A model generated the notes under the pieces. It did not search any database, had not been told where the DNA came from, and worked only from the letters and a program-made list of their open reading frames with translations. Shown piece after piece: positions 35,166 through 44,251 of a stretch of DNA of 64,000 nt. The DNA is taken from IMG/VR virus record IMGVR_UViG_3300027668_000008, positions 124,001 to 188,000 of that record, one strand, 5' to 3'. Both the position numbers and the translations under genes were made by a program. The stretch's first letter is position 1, and every line of letters begins with the position of its first letter.

Positions 35166-35528
35166 TTATTTTCTTTTATTTAAGGCACGTTTAGCCATTT
35201 TGTCAACTTGCGTTGTTGGCTCTAACTCAACATCAGATGCATTTGCAATAGACTGGTCGTCCTGTCCATCTGTGTTTTTAAATATAATAAGATCTTTATT
35301 ATAATCTGTAACTAAATTTTGTATAGATTGATTATTTTGGAATAGCTCACTAAAACTATCGTAAGATAAAGGCACACCTAAACGATTTGCCATAGAAGAA
35401 AATGCTTTCATAGAGATTTGTGTTTTAGCACCCATCTGTTCAGCACGGTTTCTAAGGAACAATAACAAACTTATAAGTTTGTCTATTCCGACTGGTGCTT
35501 TTTCTGTGATGAAATCACTTGCTTTCAT
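35166..35528 (-). CDS. Hypothetical, putative internal head protein
   Basis: N-terminus MKASDFITEK. Confidence 0.6.
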   Translation of the reverse strand: MKASDFITEKAPVGIDKLISLLLFLRNRAEQMGAKTQISMKAFSSMANRLGVPLSYDSFSELFQNNQSIQNLVTDYNKDLIIFKNTDGQDDQSIANASDVELEPTTQVDKMAKRALNKRK

Positions 35529-36529
35529 TATGAACGTTCTTGTCGATCTAAATCGTCAACGCCTTCTTGTCCAGAAGCGTCTGCGTCTAAGTCTATATCT
35601 AATGTATCATCGACTGCATTTACTTCTGCGTCTGCATCAGCATCTGCTACAGGCTCTTCAAGTTCAAGGTCGTCAGCAGTAGTTAAGTCTGTTCCAGACT
35701 CGTCTGCATTTCCAGTTAAAATACGTGATGCATTATCCATGTCGCCTCTTGCAGTTGTTAACGCATCATATAGTGCATCCAACGAACCTTTAGCGGCATT
35801 TATAAATGCTTCTGCTTTTTCATTACCCATTTCATCACGGATTTGATCCGTTAATGGAAGTAAATCTTCTGCCTGCATATCACTCACATCTTCTAACATA
35901 GATTGAATTCTGTCAACTAGGTCTTTTGATGCTAGTACTAATTCAGCACTCTCAACATCACCTTCGTTAATTTGTTTAGACTCTGCAATGCCTAATTGTT
36001 TTTTAGCACGTTTGTCTACCATTTGTAAGAAACGCACATTTGCTAAATTACTAGACATAATTTCATCAATCATATCTATAATTGGCATAAGTCCTGTCAT
36101 TAAAGTCGGGGGAACTGTTTGACCTTTTTTGTACATTTCTAAAGCACGTTTGGCTTTCATATAATTTTGTGGGCCTACTAGTAGTCTTAAAGCATTTGCT
36201 TTTCTACTTTGTGCCGCTGGAGATTCTTGTTCTGGTTCTACTTTACCATCATTGGGCTCAATCTCACCTTTTTCTTTTGTAGTTGGACCTTCGTTAACAC
36301 CTAAGTTATTTTCAATTTGCCATGCTTCAACTGTTTCTAAAACAACTTTAGACATCATATACTTCTTGCCCTCAGTTTCTTCTGCCATTTCTCTTTTAGC
36401 AGTTTTTATCATTTGGTTGGCGATGTCTTCGTTCATTTTGCTTAAATCAAAACCGAATCCAAAACGAGTAGACAGTAATTTGTTTAACTTACTACTTCTC
36501 GATACTTTGTTTAAATCATTTAATTCCAT
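35528..36529 (-). CDS. Putative prohead core/scaffold-like protein with acidic tail
   Basis: Multiple [LIV]-x-E sites (VNEG, IAES, INEG); acidic C-terminus; TAAATA upstream. Confidence 0.55.
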   Translation of the reverse strand: MELNDLNKVSRSSKLNKLLSTRFGFGFDLSKMNEDIANQMIKTAKREMAEETEGKKYMMSKVVLETVEAWQIENNLGVNEGPTTKEKGEIEPNDGKVEPEQESPAAQSRKANALRLLVGPQNYMKAKRALEMYKKGQTVPPTLMTGLMPIIDMIDEIMSSNLANVRFLQMVDKRAKKQLGIAESKQINEGDVESAELVLASKDLVDRIQSMLEDVSDMQAEDLLPLTDQIRDEMGNEKAEAFINAAKGSLDALYDALTTARGDMDNASRILTGNADESGTDLTTADDLELEEPVADADADAEVNAVDDTLDIDLDADASGQEGVDDLDRQERS

Positions 36530-36559
36530 GTGAGTTCCCTAATTCTATGTTATTACTAT

Positions 36560-37000
36560 TTAGTTGATTTTAATCTTTTTAATTGTTTCATCTAACTGTC
36601 CTCTAACGTAATTCTTATGGTATTCGCTCTCTTCATACCTAATATACATCAAATCTTTGCGAAATTCGTCATTTGCAGTACGATATCTTTGATGAAATAT
36701 CATCGAATCATTAGCAAACCTACTAAACTTCAAATCCTGTGCTTCAACTAGTTGTGCTTCTGTCTGTTGCCCTTGTAATGAAGCGACAGCCCATGCTAGA
36801 GCACTGTTTCGTAGTGTAAAGGAGTTAACTAACTCTCCGTTATCATATACTTGCCATACACCATTACGTTCTAAGCAATAGTATTTACCCACTTTAACAT
36901 GAGCACCATTTATTGATACAACGGGTAAGTTATCAGATTTTTCTTCTAAGAAGTTTTTAATCTTTGTTATACTTACTTTACTTTTTATTTTCTTTGACAT
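36560..37000 (-). CDS. Hypothetical protein
   Basis: Likely start ATG 37000 (ORF extends to 37039). Confidence 0.65.
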   Translation of the reverse strand: MSKKIKSKVSITKIKNFLEEKSDNLPVVSINGAHVKVGKYYCLERNGVWQVYDNGELVNSFTLRNSALAWAVASLQGQQTEAQLVEAQDLKFSRFANDSMIFHQRYRTANDEFRKDLMYIRYEESEYHKNYVRGQLDETIKKIKIN

Positions 37001-37184
37001 AGTAGAGATCACCATTTTTCTTTTTCCTATTGAGTACACTTTTATTCACTAACATAAATGCCAACTTTAGTTGACCTGGGCTTAACTCAGTCATTATAAT
37101 TGACTGCTTAAATTCTCCTAAAAAGTCTTCTTCTTCCTTTGTCAATGAAACTCTTGCTCCATCGGAAAACTTATAGTATGTCAT
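36978..37184 (-). CDS. Small hypothetical protein
   Basis: 68 aa, coupled to the upstream stop. Confidence 0.7.
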   Translation of the reverse strand: MTYYKFSDGARVSLTKEEEDFLGEFKQSIIMTELSPGQLKLAFMLVNKSVLNRKKKNGDLYYVKENKK

Positions 37185-38091
37185 TACTTGCCTTGTTGCG
37201 TCTTAATCCATGCTTTTGCAACAGGATTAGTATGCGGTGTTTCTGTGTATGCTTTCATTCTTCTATACATACTCAGTAATACACCCTTTAGGCTTTCATT
37301 ATTTGAATTGTCTACTACGAACATATTTCTACCAAAAAAGTTGTGGAATTTTCCAATGTTTGTTTGTACACTTTTCCACATTTTAGTAACTAGTTCGTTG
37401 GGTAATCTTCTATCTCTTTTAGCATTACGTTCTAATGCCGTATCTAAGTCAGTGTTAACAAACACCATTGCACAATCGTATCCGATTTTACGCAATTCTC
37501 CACTTAGATGTTCTATTTTGTCATAATCTTTACCGGTGCCATCTATAACTACGCCTAGGCGTCCATCTAAAAAAGATTGTTGTTTTATATCAGTTAAGGC
37601 TTTAGCACGTTGTCTTGTCGCTTGTCCGTCAGTACTAGCAAGTGCATCTGGATCTGTTAAATCAATATTGCTCTTTTTTGCTAGATACTCATAAGCATCG
37701 TCGGTGTTTATTATTTTATATCCTAAAGACACAAATGCAACATTCTTAGCAATAAAGCTCTTACCACTACCAGGACCACCTGCTAGGAATACTGCTTTAA
37801 AAATTGCGGGATCGTTTACACCTTCTTCAAGGTCAGTCAGTCTTTTTTTTTGACCTCGGTAGCAATGGATACTGTTTGTCCGGGTTTAATTTTGGAGCCT
37901 TGTCCTTGGGGTTTAGCGGATTTTGGCTTAATGGTTGGAGCATTAGGATTTGAAGTATCTATATCCATTTTCTTTAGGTCAATTTTAGTCGTAACACCTG
38001 GCTTCTTTGGATCGATAATTTCAACATTATCGCCAGCAACCTTAGTTACTTTACCTTGCATAGGTTCTTCAAATAAATCACTAATTCTCAT
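37184..38091 (-). CDS. P-loop kinase (AAA_33/Pnk-like) fused to the 84-aa upstream ORF via a -1 frameshift at A9 (37843-37851)
   Basis: Walker A in AVFLAGGPGSGKSF lies upstream of the first canonical start (GTG 37732); no ATG/GTG/TTG in frame between the in-frame TAA and Walker A; VVIDGTG and ERNAKR lid downstream. Confidence 0.7.
37837..38091 (-). CDS. 84-aa unshifted product (MRISDLFEE...)
   Basis: ORF ends AAA AAA AAA GAC TGA. Confidence 0.75.
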   Translation of the reverse strand: MRISDLFEEPMQGKVTKVAGDNVEIIDPKKPGVTTKIDLKKMDIDTSNPNAPTIKPKSAKPQGQGSKIKPGQTVSIATEVKKKD

Positions 38092-38092
38092 T

Positions 38093-38410
38093 TTAACTCC
38101 GTTTATTCAATGCTTGAACACGTTTACTTGCTGGGTTGATACGTTTAGTACGTTTTGATTTCAACTTCATTCTGGATCCAAGTTTTGCTTTAGTCATTTT
38201 TAGTTTAATACGTTTTCTTATATCAGGTGCTTTAAAACACGCACCAGGACTACTTACTATTTTACCTTTTAATCTACCAATTGAGCATCTGTACTTTCGT
38301 ACAACTTTGTTACCCGAACGGCCCCAAGCCATTTTGGTTTCATCTAAAGAAGTAGGATGTACTTCTTCGATAGGTGTATTTTCGTCGCTGAATAGTTCTA
38401 ATATAAGCAT
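38093..38410 (-). CDS. Small basic putative internal head protein
   Basis: MLILELF, LDE site, basic C-terminus; TAAATA upstream. Confidence 0.65.
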   Translation of the reverse strand: MLILELFSDENTPIEEVHPTSLDETKMAWGRSGNKVVRKYRCSIGRLKGKIVSSPGACFKAPDIRKRIKLKMTKAKLGSRMKLKSKRTKRINPASKRVQALNKRS

Positions 38411-38459
38411 AACACTACTATTTAGTTAAGTTTAATCGGTTTTAATTTTTTGTGAATTA

Positions 38460-38717
38460 CTATATGAATAAGTTGTAGGATAGTATGCCTACTGCACTGA
38501 TTAAAGAACCAATGATAGTCATACCCCACATGATAAGTTGAGATTGACGTTTTTCTCTATCTTTGACAACAGTGTCTCGGATTTCCCCAAGTACAGTTTC
38601 AATGCCGATAACTCGGCCCTCTAAATTGTCTAATTTTTCTTCCAATCGTGAATACCTCGCCGCACATAATTCTACATGGGCCTCTAGGCTTTCTTTCTCA
38701 ATTTCTCTTGTACTCAT
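38460..38717 (-). CDS. Coiled coil plus C-terminal TM protein (XhlA/holin-like architecture)
   Basis: SLEAHVELCAARYSRLEEKL coiled coil, then one TM. Confidence 0.6.
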   Translation of the reverse strand: MSTREIEKESLEAHVELCAARYSRLEEKLDNLEGRVIGIETVLGEIRDTVVKDREKRQSQLIMWGMTIIGSLISAVGILSYNLFI

Positions 38718-38737
38718 TCTCTTTTAGTTCCTGTTAC

Positions 38738-38840
38738 GCCTACCTGGGGCGGGTTGATAATTTCGGAGCCTTAATGAATGCCTTTGATTTGCCTATAAAT
38801 TGTTGCCTGTATGCCTAAGTTTGTTGCCTTAATTTTGCCT
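38738..38840 (-). repeat. Leader with eight AGGC (six AGGCA) motifs
   Basis: GCCT on the plus strand at 38738, 38768, 38780, 38791, 38805, 38813, 38826, 38837; TATAAATA at 38875-38882. Confidence 0.8.
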
Positions 38841-38926
38841 ATGTAACAAACGTTTATTACGTTTCTTACTAATGTATTTATAAAAGTCAAACAGTAGTAA
38901 AACACAAATATAATGTATAGGGTGTT

Positions 38927-39679
38927 TTACGCCTTTTTAATCTTATATTTCTTATGTACGTTTTGAATGTTCTTATCTCGGATTGCTTTGTATCCTATAA
39001 CTGCACCAACTGCCACACCTGCAATAGTTTTTGCGAATGTGTTACCAGTGTACGGACTTTTAGCATTTTGTGAAACTATACCAGTAACACTTTTGTTATA
39101 CGGTCCTGCTAAATCACTGCCTCTGGCATAATGATTAAGCATAAACCCTAAACGTGTTGCTCCTGCTTTTTGTTCATTTGGTAAAGCACGAGGCCAGTCT
39201 GAAATGATTCGTCTCATTGCAGTTAGTTTTGGATCTCTAATTTGTAGTGAACGTTCAACGGCAAGCATAGTACGTCTGTCTAATTGTGTATCTACTACAC
39301 CATTTTGTACGTTCTTTAAATATCTTTTAATTTGTGCAGTCGGAATACTGTATCCGCCTTTACGTTCCAATCCTGCAATTAAGTTATGCAAGTCTGTTGC
39401 ACCGGTTCTTACTCCGTCGAAGCCGTTGTATGACATAGTTTTCCTAGCATATGTACTTGCTTGTCCAGGATCAGTATAACGCATTGCTTGTACACCCATT
39501 AAGTGTGCATACACGTTCTTTGCAATATCTTCTTTATTTGATGTAGCGAATTGTGTTGGGTTTCTAAACAATCTTGCTTCAACTAGTTCATCGTTCATAA
39601 ATCCAAACATCTTTTGTTTAGGTTCAATTGTATGACCACCGTCCATTGCCGCCCATTCACTTGCAGTATACTTGTCCAT
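38927..39679 (-). CDS. Conserved phage hypothetical, putative virion protein
   Basis: LVE site near the N-terminus; C-terminal hydrophobic GVAVGAVIGY. Confidence 0.6.
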   Translation of the reverse strand: MDKYTASEWAAMDGGHTIEPKQKMFGFMNDELVEARLFRNPTQFATSNKEDIAKNVYAHLMGVQAMRYTDPGQASTYARKTMSYNGFDGVRTGATDLHNLIAGLERKGGYSIPTAQIKRYLKNVQNGVVDTQLDRRTMLAVERSLQIRDPKLTAMRRIISDWPRALPNEQKAGATRLGFMLNHYARGSDLAGPYNKSVTGIVSQNAKSPYTGNTFAKTIAGVAVGAVIGYKAIRDKNIQNVHKKYKIKKA

Positions 39680-39683
39680 TAAC

Positions 39684-40940
39684 TTATTTGCTCCAAGTTT
39701 TAGTTGCTGAGAAATTCAATGCATTGAATTCCATTCTATCATTTAGTTTAACTGCTCCACCGTCTATACCAAATGCTACAAATCCTTCATGGTTTGTAAC
39801 TCTGTATCCATTTTCAGTTTTTACAAATGTTCCAATTTTATCTACATTACTTAATTTACTAATTAATAATAGTTTAGCACTAATTATACGACGATACACT
39901 GCTAGTGTCAAGAGCAACGTATTACTATTGTCTGCTAAAAATTTCTTTTGTTGTTCAATTTTTTCAAAACGTTTTTGTGCCGCTGGACTTTCAGCGCCGC
40001 CTTTTAATTTTTCAACTTCTTTATTCATCTTATCATTATAATAATTCATAAAGTCTTGTAGGAACTTTGTCGGTTCACCGACTTGTTCCCCTGCTCTTAC
40101 ATTATTATTAATAAAAGGTTTAATAAACTTTGCAAATTCAGCCTGTAGTACTTGATCCATTTTAGGACCTACTTTTTTAAGTGTAGTACGCCCTGTTGCA
40201 ATAGTACCGTCTATAGCCTTTTCTTCGCTAGGTGTTAGTGTTGCAATACCGGATACATCTTTATAATTTGCGTCATCATACCATACATCTGCTGTAGGTT
40301 GTAAACCTCTAACACTGTAACCAAAATTTGCAGTCATTTCTGGTAGTGTAGCACCTGTATATTCTGTATGAAATACTATTCCGATTTTTGCTTTAGCGAC
40401 ACGTTTGCCAATAGCACTATCCACAGGAACTGCGTATGTAATAGTGTTAGGGGTAAACGTATAACAGTTGTCATCACCAACGTCTTCTGTTTTAACATCA
40501 CCTGGGCCAAAAAGGAAGTCGCCTTGTACAACTGATCCTATGCCTAATTTAGGTAATAGTTTAAACGCCATTAATAATTTTGCTTCTAGTGAAGGTTGCT
40601 CGGAATACCATTCTTTAATTTGTGCTACTGATTTAGCAACTTTAGGTGTCTTTGCATTAAACACTGATTTAGTGCCTACAAAGAATTTACTATCTTCTGG
40701 ATCTATTCCGCAAATAATTGCCGGGGCACCATCCCACTTAACAGTAACTTTACCTTCTGGTTGTCCGCCTTCTAATAAACCTTTAACTGCATCTAGATAA
40801 TTAAATGCTCTTTGGGCACCTGCGTAACCTTCATTAAAGATTAAGTCTTCAATATGTTCTAAGTGTGTGTTTTTACCTTCTGCTTCGTTAAGAATATTCC
40901 AGTAATGTGTTTTAGGTTCAAAAATTTCTTTTATAATCAT
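39684..40940 (-). CDS. ATP-dependent ligase-superfamily nucleotidyltransferase (RNA-ligase-like)
   Basis: KWDG (motif I), VGTKS (Ia), VQGDFLF (III), HEGFV (IV), AVKL (V). Confidence 0.6.
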   Translation of the reverse strand: MIIKEIFEPKTHYWNILNEAEGKNTHLEHIEDLIFNEGYAGAQRAFNYLDAVKGLLEGGQPEGKVTVKWDGAPAIICGIDPEDSKFFVGTKSVFNAKTPKVAKSVAQIKEWYSEQPSLEAKLLMAFKLLPKLGIGSVVQGDFLFGPGDVKTEDVGDDNCYTFTPNTITYAVPVDSAIGKRVAKAKIGIVFHTEYTGATLPEMTANFGYSVRGLQPTADVWYDDANYKDVSGIATLTPSEEKAIDGTIATGRTTLKKVGPKMDQVLQAEFAKFIKPFINNNVRAGEQVGEPTKFLQDFMNYYNDKMNKEVEKLKGGAESPAAQKRFEKIEQQKKFLADNSNTLLLTLAVYRRIISAKLLLISKLSNVDKIGTFVKTENGYRVTNHEGFVAFGIDGGAVKLNDRMEFNALNFSATKTWSK

Positions 40941-40941
40941 G

Positions 40942-41205
40942 TTATGCCGCTCGCTTACTTCTGGCTAAGATAGCTCTTACTTCGTCGTCTAAGTCTAGTG
41001 ATTTAATAACCATTGCTAGTGCTTCTACATCAACAGTTGCTTGTGTTACTTCTGGTGCTTGTGCTGTAGGCTCTACTGTAGGCTCTACTGTAGGCTTTGC
41101 TTTAGGTATTGCGTTTGCTTTTTGCTGGCGCTTTTTTGCTTGTTGCTTTTTACGTTGTTTACGACTTTTCTTTTCAGTTAAATCGTTTAACTCATTAAGT
41201 TTCAT
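40942..41205 (-). CDS. Small putative internal head protein
   Basis: MKLNELNDLTEK, basic stretch, PTVE repeats. Confidence 0.6.
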   Translation of the reverse strand: MKLNELNDLTEKKSRKQRKKQQAKKRQQKANAIPKAKPTVEPTVEPTAQAPEVTQATVDVEALAMVIKSLDLDDEVRAILARSKRAA

Positions 41206-41747
41206 TATGCTTTGCTCCCAGCCTTATTAAGTAGAGCATCTAATTGGGCTTTTTGCTCATCTGTTAAATTTTGTAATGTTTGTGATATATCATCTGGAAG
41301 TTTTTCAGGATTCTTTTGTTCTTCGCCTCTAATAAATCTACCAAACACTTGGTCTGCTATGTTAACTAACTGCGGATCTACTATCTTAACAATTTTCATA
41401 AAAGTGTTAGCACCTTGAAACGGAGTTTTAGGTTTTAAGTAGTAATTCTGTGATGCATATGCAACTACAAGTTTTCCAACTTTTTTAATGTTAGCATCTG
41501 AAAGTTTTAATGCAGGTATATTCAATACCTTTTCAACATCATTTTTAAACATATGTTTAAACCAATTAGCAAAGGCTTGCATTGGTTCTGCGTCAAATTG
41601 CTCAGCATTTTCAATTTCGACATCTGCGAAATTTTGTTGTGCTTTTTCATACATTCCCTTAACTTTTTTACCAAGTTCTTTTAGTTCTTGTATTTTTGCT
41701 TTGCTGTCTGTGACTCGTTTTCCAAAGTCAATTTCATCTATTCTCAT
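41205..41747 (-). CDS. Hypothetical, putative internal head protein
   Basis: N-terminus MRIDEI. Confidence 0.6.
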   Translation of the reverse strand: MRIDEIDFGKRVTDSKAKIQELKELGKKVKGMYEKAQQNFADVEIENAEQFDAEPMQAFANWFKHMFKNDVEKVLNIPALKLSDANIKKVGKLVVAYASQNYYLKPKTPFQGANTFMKIVKIVDPQLVNIADQVFGRFIRGEEQKNPEKLPDDISQTLQNLTDEQKAQLDALLNKAGSKA

Positions 41748-41986
41748 TTTTTTAACTTCTTTAATCCGTTATTAAACTTGGCAGGGTCCTGCCTCTTAAT
41801 TGCTAGTAGCAATTTACGTTCCATTTCTTCTACAACTTCATCATCGTAACACTCTCTAATTAAGTTAACTAGGTTTATGGCGCCTGCAATAATATGTTGA
41901 GCCCTTGATTCGATAAGATGTACACGATCTCGAGGAATTGCTATTTTGTCTAGTTCTTCTAGTAGACTACGATGTTTGTGTTGCAT
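41744..41986 (-). CDS. Conserved small phage protein
   Basis: 80 aa; TAAATA boxes upstream. Confidence 0.75.
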   Translation of the reverse strand: MQHKHRSLLEELDKIAIPRDRVHLIESRAQHIIAGAINLVNLIRECYDDEVVEEMERKLLLAIKRQDPAKFNNGLKKLKK

Positions 41987-42074
41987 TAAAATTATCTCCG
42001 TATTATATGTTATTTATTTAAAAAATTTGGTTAAATACATATTATTAAGTTAACTAAAGAAGGAGTCTGATAAT

Positions 42075-42857
42075 ATGAACTATGATTCACACCATGCAAT
42101 GCTTTCTGCCTGTGCATACACGGATCTAAACCCATCTATTGAAGCAACTTTTAGTAAAATAGGGTATAAAACCATCCATTTTTTGAATACCGATGGGGCT
42201 CAAGCATATTTGTTGAGCAATGATGACCTTATTACGATTGCTTTTAGAGGTACTGAACCTAGTCAACCTAGCGATCTTATTGCTGATGCCAAAAGTTGGA
42301 AAAGTAAGAGTAAAGTTGCAGGTAAAGTACATGATGGATTTTATGATGAAATTGAAAAGATTTGGGATGAAATTGAAGAATTTGCAAATAACAACCCAAA
42401 AAAACAAATGACTATTACCGGTCACAGTTTAGGTGCCGCGATGGCAACACTCTGTGCCGCAAGGTTACAAGATAAGTTTGAGGATTTAGCATTATATACA
42501 TATGGTTCGCCACGTGTTGGTAATAAAGAATTCATAAACAGTTGTAAATTTAAACACTATCGTTGGGTTAATAACAATGATGCGGTAACTAGAGTTCCAC
42601 CTGCGTTTATTGGTTTTAGACATCACGGTCAAATGAAATATTTAAACCATTTTGGCAATATTAGAAACGGGTTAAGTACATGGCAACGTTTCAAAGACAG
42701 GATACGAGGAAGAATTTCTGCTTGGAAAAAGTGGCAATTATTTGATGGTGCATATGATCACAGTATTAGTGATTACCATAGAAAAATTAATAAAGCACAT
42801 TTATCTAAAACAAAAGATGGTAAAGTGATACTAGACCAATTTAAACCTAAAGACTAA
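42075..42857 (+). CDS. Lipase class 3
   Basis: IAFRGTE, VHDGFY, ITGHSLGAAMA, YGSPRVGN, NNDAVTRVPP, DHSISDY; AGGAG RBS; TAAATA at 42032. Confidence 0.92.
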   Translation: MNYDSHHAMLSACAYTDLNPSIEATFSKIGYKTIHFLNTDGAQAYLLSNDDLITIAFRGTEPSQPSDLIADAKSWKSKSKVAGKVHDGFYDEIEKIWDEIEEFANNNPKKQMTITGHSLGAAMATLCAARLQDKFEDLALYTYGSPRVGNKEFINSCKFKHYRWVNNNDAVTRVPPAFIGFRHHGQMKYLNHFGNIRNGLSTWQRFKDRIRGRISAWKKWQLFDGAYDHSISDYHRKINKAHLSKTKDGKVILDQFKPKD

Positions 42858-44251
42858 GTCTTTAAATTTTTAAGCATATCATTCAGTTTATTAGACTGTA
42901 CTTCGGCTCGGACAATCTTTTCTGGTTGTTCGGCTGATTGGTTCCCTACATTAGATTGTGCTTTAATTTTATTCATCACATCTGTACTAATAGTAGAAGA
43001 AGCCGATGCAGAATCACTATCAGATTCATCACAATCTCTAATACGCAAACTATTGTTATCAAATTCTAAGTCTACTTTTTGCCCTACTCCACTACTACTT
43101 CTAGTTTTCATAAATTGTATTTGATATCTTCCACGTTCTCTCATTGCCCTACTAGTAAATATACCAATAACGTTATCAGCAGTATTAATTTTACTAATAC
43201 CACCAGCGATATGAGAATGGTCAAATTCAATTTCTTCAACTGCCGCTCTGTTTAACTGCGAAGCAGTTACCATAATAAAGTCCATTTCTTTTGCCAAGTT
43301 ACGCAATTCTTCACTTACATATTTGTCTTTAATAAACTGATCATTTGGACTAACTTTTGCACTAACAGGCATTAACAAGTCTAAGTAATCAACACAAATA
43401 TAATCTAGTTTTTTACCTATTTTAACTTGTAATTCTTTTATGTATGACCTAATATCGTTAATGTTACTTTGTGCTGGCATATACTTAATACGCAAACTTC
43501 CTGCTTTTTTACCAGCCATGCCAATTTTCATTTCAAGTGTATCTAAATCTTTAAAGACATCTTTAGTTGGAATTTCGGAAACCATACTGTCTAAACGCAT
43601 AGCACACAATCCTTCACTTAACTCTAATGTTAAGTATACACCATTAAGTCCTGCCATTGTCCAGTTAACTGCAAGATTTTGCATAAACAAACTCTTACCA
43701 GATCCACTACCACCTGCAAAGATGTTTAGTTCGCCTCTGTTAAATCCACCAAATAATTTCTTATCTAAGTTTGCCCAGCCAGTACTTACTTGACCATTGC
43801 CGTCTTTAAGAGCCATAAGTCTTGCTCTAGGATCTTCCCAATACTCGATACCTAAGTCTTTTGTTAAACTTATTTGTACTGCATCTTTAATTAGTTTCTC
43901 TACAGGATCATACTCGCCTTTTTCAAGTAAGTCTGCACTTTTTAAAATAGCACGTTCTAATTCGTTACGTCTAGTAAATGCTTCAAACTCAGACATAAAC
44001 CAATCATAATGACCTTCGGTTAATTCTTTTACTGGTTTAAGTTTACTTCCAGTAGCCGCATTAATCTGGTCTGCCGTAGGCATAGTGCTATATTCAGAAG
44101 TATGCTTTTCGATAAACTTTGCCGGTTCTCTTAAACTTTTATCAAAGTTTTCTGCGTTAAAAATATTTTGTACTCTAACGTAAGACTCTGCATCGTTGAG
44201 CATCATCTCTAAGAATAGTCTTTGTAAGTCTATTGTATATTCAGTTGCCAA
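42854..44251 (-). CDS. Replicative DnaB-like helicase (gp41-like)
   Basis: AGGSGSGKS, TLELSE, CVDYLDL, TASQLNR, IQFMKTRSS. Confidence 0.95.
   Translation of the reverse strand: MATEYTIDLQRLFLEMMLNDAESYVRVQNIFNAENFDKSLREPAKFIEKHTSEYSTMPTADQINAATGSKLKPVKELTEGHYDWFMSEFEAFTRRNELERAILKSADLLEKGEYDPVEKLIKDAVQISLTKDLGIEYWEDPRARLMALKDGNGQVSTGWANLDKKLFGGFNRGELNIFAGGSGSGKSLFMQNLAVNWTMAGLNGVYLTLELSEGLCAMRLDSMVSEIPTKDVFKDLDTLEMKIGMAGKKAGSLRIKYMPAQSNINDIRSYIKELQVKIGKKLDYICVDYLDLLMPVSAKVSPNDQFIKDKYVSEELRNLAKEMDFIMVTASQLNRAAVEEIEFDHSHIAGGISKINTADNVIGIFTSRAMRERGRYQIQFMKTRSSSGVGQKVDLEFDNNSLRIRDCDESDSDSASASSTISTDVMNKIKAQSNVGNQSAEQPEKIVRAEVQSNKLNDMLKNLKT

Noticed and set aside
37184-37732. ORF-track start at GTG 37732
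   Set aside because: It would omit the Walker A motif present in frame upstream
38738-38840. CRISPR or mini-array interpretation of the GCCT repeats
   Set aside because: Repeats are only 4-5 nt with 3-9 nt spacers; no cas genes. The Cas4-like protein at 34416 is a stand-alone phage exonuclease
41064-41096. 12-bp tandem repeat (also 61247-61272)
   Set aside because: Encodes low-complexity PTVE / PVAT linkers; ordinary coding repeats
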